From Macrostomum lignano (taxonomy: Eukaryota): a stretch of 64,000 nt of DNA. Location of the stretch: contig NIVC01003054.1 in NCBI GenBank assembly GCA_002269645.1, positions 58,561 through 122,560 of the forward strand, written 5' to 3'. The translations under genes and the position numbers were made by a program. Under the pieces are notes generated by a model. It was not told where the DNA came from. It saw only the letters and a program-made list of their open reading frames with translations, and made no database searches. This document shows positions 58,301 to 64,000 of this stretch, in pieces. Every line of letters begins with the position of its first letter. The stretch's first letter is position 1.

Positions 58301-61300
58301 CAGCCTCTCAGGCTCTCGGTTACTGGGCAAGCCTCCCAGATCCCCAGTTTCTGGGCCAGCCTCTCAGGCTCTCGGTTACTGGGCAAGCCTCCCAGATCCC
58401 CAGTTTCTGGGCCAGCCTCCCAGATCCCCAGTTTCTGGGCCAGCCTCCCAGATCCCCAGTTGCTGGGCCAGCCTCCCAGATCCTCAGTTGCTGGGCCAGC
58501 CTCCCAGATCCCCAGTTGCTGGGCCAGCCTCCCAGATCCCCAGTTTCTGGGCCAGCCTCCCAGATCCCCAGTTTCTGGGCCAGCCTCTCAGACTCTCGGT
58601 TACTGGGCCAGCCTCCCAGATCCCCAGTTGCTGTGCCAGCCTCTCAGACTTTCGGTTGCTGGGCCAGCCTCCCAGATCCTCAGTTACTGGGCCAGCCTCC
58701 CAGATCCCCAGTTTCTGGGCCAGCCTCTCAGACTCTCGGTTACTGGGCCAGCCTCCCAGATCCCCAGTTGCTGTGCCAGCCTCTCAGACTCTCGGTTGCT
58801 GGGCCAGCCTCCCAGATCCCCAGTTACTGGGCCAGCCTCCCAGATCCCCAGTTACTGGGCCAGCCTCCCAGATCCCCAGTTTCTGGGCCAGCCTCTCAGA
58901 CTCTCGGTTACTGGGCCAGCCTCCCAGATCCCCAGTTGCTGGGCCAGCCTCTCAGACTCTCTGTTACTGGGCCAGCCTCTCAGACTCTCTGTTACTGGGC
59001 CAGCCTCCCAGATCCCCAGGCTCCTGCAAGAACACTACAATCCCGGTTCTCACCCTCAGGCCCGCATAGACAGCGGTAACGAGGTGATAGTCGGGGTCAA
59101 CAAGTACCGTCTGCCGCCGGACCAGGCAGAGAAAGAGAAGGTTGATGTGTTGGTCATTGACAACACGATGGTGCTGGAGGCGCAGAAGGCTCGGGTGCAG
59201 CAAACCCGATCCAAGCGCAACAAGGCCGGCGTTGAGAAGGTAATTTGAGCTAAAAAATTACGCTTTGCTCATTTTCTTGGATCGGTACTTTCATAGAGTC
59301 GTTCTTTGTTCTCTTCGTTACTTTGTTGAAAACATTGTTTTGAAATTTGTTTAAATAATTTCGATTCAATTTCCTAGAAATGTGCTTTAGTTATGCGATT
59401 TTTCGGAAATGATTTTCGATCGATTGCTGTTTTCTTGGAAAAAAATAAGGATACTTTTCGTTTCCTTCAAATGTTAAAATGATTTCTGCTTCCTTGAAAT
59501 ATTTTAATTGGATTTTGGTTTCCTGGAAATGACTAATAATTATTACGGCTAATATCAGGCCCTGGCCGACATCACCGAAGGCTGCCGATCGGAGGGCGCC
59601 AATCTTCTCGCTCTGACCATCGAGGCTGCCAGACAGCGGGCCACCATCGGCGAGATCACGGACGCCATGGAGATCGTGTTCGGCCGGCACGTTGCCCACG
59701 ACCGGCTAGTGTCTGGCGCCTACCTGTCCGAGATGGGCAAAAACGAGGCGCTGGACAGCATCATGGCCAGGGTTAGGGAGTTCGCCACCGCCGAGGGTCG
59801 CCAGCCGCGCATTCTGGTGGCCAAACTGGGCCAGGACGGGCACGACAGGGGCGGCAAGGTGAGTGGGGCAGTGCTGTTAATAATGATGATTAATCCTAGC
59901 CCAAATGCTGTCAGTCAAAATTCTGTCAGTTCAAAATGCTGTCAGTTCAATTGCTGTCAGTTCAAAATGCTGTCAGTTCAAAATGCTGTCAGTTCAAAAT
60001 GCTGTCAGTTCAAAATGCTGTCAGTTCAAAATGCTGTCAGTTCAATTGCTGTCAGTTCAAAATGCTGCCAGTCAAAATGCTGTCAGTCAAATTGCTGTCA
60101 GTTCAAAATGCTGTCAGTCAAAATGCTGTCAGTCAAATTGCTGTCAGTTCAAAATGCTGTCAGTTCAATTGCTGTCAGTTCAAAATGCTGTCAGTCAAAA
60201 TGCTGTCAGTTCAAAATGCTGTCAGTTCAAAATGCTGTCAGTAAAAATGCTGTCAGTTCAATTGCTGTCAGTTCAAAATGCTGTCAGTTCAATTGCTGTC
60301 AGTTCAAAATGCTGTCAGTCAAATTGCTGTCAGTTCAAAATGCTGTCAGTCAAAATGCTGTCAGTTCAAATTGCTGTCAGTTCAAAATGCTGTCAGTAAA
60401 AATTCTGTCAGTAAAAATTCTGTCAGTCAAAATGCTGTCAGTTCAATTGCTGCCAGTCAAAATGCTGTCAGTCAAATTGCTGTCAGTTCAAAATGCTGTC
60501 AGTCAAATTGCTGTCAGTTCAAAATGCTGTCAGTAAAAATGCTGTCAGTCAAAATGCTGTCAGTCAAACTGCTGTCAGTCAAATTGCTGTCAGTCAAAAT
60601 GCTGTCAGTCAAATTGCTGTCAGTTCAAAATGCTGTCAGTAAAAATTCTGTCAGTCAAATTGCTGTCAGTCAAAATGCTGTCAGTCAAAATGCTGCCAGT
60701 CAAAATGCTGTCAGTCAAATTGCTGTCAGTTCAAAATGCTGTCAGTCAAATTGCTGTCAGTTCAAAATGCTGTCAGTAAAAATGCTGTCAGTCAAAATGC
60801 TGTCAGTCAAAATGCTGTCAGTTCAAAATGCTGTCAGTCAAACTGCTGTCAGTCAAATTGCTGTCAGTTCAAAATGCTGTCAGTCAAAATGCTGTCAGTC
60901 AAATTGCTGTCAGTTCAAAATGCTGTCAGTCAAAATGCTGTCAGTCAAAATGCTGTCAGTCAAATTGCTGTCAGTCAAATGCTGTCAGTCAAATTGCTGT
61001 CAGTCAAATTGCTGTCCGTCAAATTGCTGTCAGTCAAATTGCTGTCAGTCAAATTGCTGTCCGTCAAATTGCTGTCAGTCAAAATGCTGTCAGTCAAACT
61101 GCTGTCAGTCAAATAATGCAACGGTATCCTGACTCGGCTCTGGTTTTATTTTCCATCTATCGACTTCTACAGGTGATCGCCACCGGGTTCGCCGATTTGG
61201 GCTGGGACGTGGACGTCGGCCCGCTGTTCTCCACCCCGGCTGAGGCCGTCCAACAGGCCGTTGACGCGGACGTTCACGCCATCGGTGTGAGCAGCCTGGC

Positions 61301-61520
61301 CGCCGGGCACAAGACCCTCATCCCTGAGCTAATCAAGCTGCTGCGCGAGCAGGGCCGCTCTGACATTGTCGTTATCGCCGGCGGTGTTATTCCGCCGCAG
61401 GACTACGACTTTCTGAAGCAGAGCGGCGTTGCCGAGGTGTTCGGGCCGGGCACGCGGATCCCGGAGGCGGCCGACAAGGTCCTCACCGCCGTAAAAAATC
61501 GCCAGAAACCGGCTCATTAA
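55303..61520 (+). CDS. MMUT: Methylmalonyl-CoA mutase, mitochondrial (~746 aa); 1-nt frameshift in exon 4 as assembled
   Basis: Seen: exons 55303-55905, 56470-56652, 57321-57632, 57815-58128, 59060-59239, 59559-59858 and 61173-61520, all phase 0 GT-AG. Features: Arg-rich presequence, [80 protein letters not shown] and the cobalamin motif GQDGHDRG...[12 protein letters not shown]. Exon 4 is 314 nt; one more C at 57955-57958 restores [12 protein letters not shown]. Confidence 0.97.
55925..56445. repeat. 24-bp minisatellite (TGTGACTCATGAGTAATCTGGTTC)n, MMUT intron 1
   Basis: Seen directly. Confidence 0.9.
56690..57250. repeat. 22-bp minisatellite (ACACGGTGACTGATACAAAGAC)n, MMUT intron 2
   Basis: Seen directly. 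Confidence 0.9.
58240..59020. repeat. 28-bp minisatellite (GGGCCAGCCTCCCAGATCCCCAGTTTCT)n, MMUT intron 4
   Basis: Seen directly; explains ORFs 58046-59248. Confidence 0.9.
59903..61115. repeat. 15/16-bp minisatellite (GCTGTCAGT(T)CAAAAT)n, MMUT intron 6
   Basis: Seen directly. Confidence 0.95.
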
Positions 61521-64000
61521 CAGCCATCATTATTAGCGACGAAAAACCACAGATGTTTGTGTTGTTGCTTGGTCTATCGATTTTTAGAGATTTTTTTCTG
61601 TTCAAATATGCCCCCCCCCCCTGCCTGTCATTAAATTAACAATCTCAGAAGTTTGTAGTGTAGTCGCCAACACAGTTTGCAAAAAGTGTGTTGAGTGAGT
61701 ATGTATGTAGCTTCAGCCCCTACTATAGCCGTTCTGTGTTGTTTCTCTACGCTCGTATTATCACTTCTTGCCATCAGCAATTACTGGAGCGTGCACTTTT
61801 TCGGACGTGCTTTTTTTGAAAAAAGAGAAACTATACATGATAATTGCTCTTGTGTGTGTATTGTAGATTATTGTAGCTTATTTACCTAAAATAAATCGTT
61901 TGTTTTAATAGCGTAGCATCGTTCTTAGTACCCTTGATAACTACAAGTAGTCTCCCTGTGAAGCAGCTTCATTCAAATCATTTTTCAGTAGTAGGATTAC
62001 GGTTTTTACAACCCCACTTTACACCCAATATCCGTTTGAAACGTTTGGAAAAGAAACTCGATTTAGATTAAATCGAACCAGCCACCGTTGGCCCAACCGT
62101 CTTTTCAACTTTTTTTAGTTAAACTCCGTTTTTTTGTACCGCGTCTCATAAAACGGTAATAGCGATACTACAGTAACTTAGATAGCCCGTGCGCTCGGAA
62201 ACAATGATACCTTGATATATATAGAAACTGTGCATTAAATTCAATTGAAAAATATCGTCCCACTTTAGTTTGTTCGTACTTAACTATTTATCATTCGCTT
62301 GCCGTTCTGACTTGGTCATTTTTTGTTACATTTTGCGTGTAAGCTACTTTCAGTTCAGTAGAAAGCGAAATCGAAACGTTTTTATGTATTTTAGAATTAA
62401 GACTCGTTTATTGGCCGGCAGGCCGCCGCCGCCGCCCAGTTTTATTGCCCTCCTCAAGTTCCAGCCTAAAGCTGCCTGCCATGTACATTTGCAACCACGC
62501 TGGCTTGGCTAATGTACATTACGGCTGCGCCAATAGCGAGTTGTTTGTGCGTCTGCAAGTCATGCCAACTGCCTTTCTTTGCATAAAATTAAATTGCTAA
62601 CACATTCTTCCTTGCTACTGAAGTTGACGTAGAGAAGTTGTTTTATTAAGCAAATATGCTTAAGTAGCCCACTGGCCTATATCTACATGTACTCGACACT
62701 TGTAGTATCAGTATGCGTACGTAGTATAAATCCACCAGACTTGTCGGTATCGGTGGATTGATGTTTCGGTATCTCAGAAAGTTGAATAATGAATATCCCA
62801 ATGATCTTACTGACGTTCCAACATGCTGATGCTGTAGTGTTGATTGTGGAGCATAACAGTTTAATTCATAATACCTGCGTCCTTCATTCGAACGCGGAAA
62901 AAGATTTCACGACCTATCTCTGAAGAGTTTAGAGTTGGTTGGTGGCTTCGATCCATCTCTGAAGAGATAGAATGCAATACGGACCGGCTCATTATTGTAT
63001 TTTAAAAGTAATTGGCTATAATTAACTCCTGTTTAGCTTAATGCACATAGTTTGTGTCTGTCCATAGTCAATAGTTCTGTCATTGTAAGGCGCTAGGGAC
63101 AGGCATTGCTTTTTGCCAGGGGAGCAAGAGTCTCAGTTCCCAGTCATTGAAATATTTTAGCGCCAATTTGATTAAAAAAAAGTCAGCTATACTCGGCAAC
63201 ATTGAATTGAAAACTGCCACTTTAAATGGCAGGATTGGGCAGATCGATAGACATCAGCCAACTTAAACTTTAAATTGACGCAAGTTTATCCAACTCCTGC
63301 TCAGGTGCGCTGGCGGTTTTCAGTTTTGTCGAGTATCAGCGTATTCTTAATTTTGGCATGAATCGTAATTTATTCGTATTGTTGCTAGCTAGACATAATA
63401 GAGATATTTAAGGAATAATTATTAGAGCATAAAACCACGTTAGTCGGCTTATTCAATAGGAATATAGTGAACAGCAATGAGCAATAATGACTATTCTATA
63501 AGAAGTAAATGCGATATAAAGTAACTTTGATAAGAAATCGCCCTGTATACTAGCAGCTATTTAATAATCCATGTCCATACCCTATAGCTATTGAGGGCGG
63601 GCCAGGCGGCATCTCCAGATTTTGAGCTTTGACTGCATCGCTAAACTACGCTGATAAACTGATACTATGTCTAATAGGAGTGGGGTGGGTCAGTGTTTTT
63701 AGTGTTATCCGTACCCCGAAGCTTTTTCACGCGCAGTGTACATTTAGAAAGGATTGGGTGACGGATCGATTGATAATTTCAAGTAGAGCCAAATAAACTG
63801 AACCCACACACGCCACAAGCCTATCTCTACCCCACCCCCCCCCCGCCAATCGATAATTCAGGCGTAGACAGACCTTAGTTGTACTTGTAAATACACGATA
63901 TACGAATAAACGGTGTCTCATTGGCCAACGAGTTTAATCCAGATTCCAGACAGAAAAACACCCATTTCGAGGAGGAGGGCCGGGTTCGGTTTATTATTGG

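Noticed and set aside
55303-61520. Horizontally acquired bacterial methylmalonyl-CoA mutase
   Set aside because: It has six spliceosomal introns, a mitochondrial-type presequence and animal-like length; MMUT is a normal metazoan gene.

Overview
Repeat-rich, intron-containing invertebrate (metazoan) genomic DNA. The pervasive intronic minisatellites resemble a free-living flatworm such as Macrostomum, but that is an impression and not demonstrated. I could reconstruct six spliced + strand genes by hand, with consistent GT-AG phases: (1) a Cys-loop GABA-receptor subunit of the GRD/CG8916-like type, whose M3-M4 loop exon is interrupted by a young, 5'-truncated non-LTR retrotransposon ending in four zinc fingers; (2) an FHA-like protein; (3) a C14orf93-like protein with a long-TIR mariner in one intron; (4) a FAM216-like protein; (5) a divergent ETS-domain factor; (6) mitochondrial methylmalonyl-CoA mutase (MMUT) with a 1-nt frameshift in a C-run. 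Mobile DNA also includes a satellite-filled non-autonomous Helitron, a 1,035-bp element with 290-bp TIRs and 8-bp TSD, two small 8-bp-TSD MITEs, a TA-flanked 791-bp element and a tRNA-derived SINE. Most long ORFs in the supplied track are tandem-repeat artefacts. No rRNA, true tRNA or CRISPR array was found. All family assignments come from motif recognition, not database searches.
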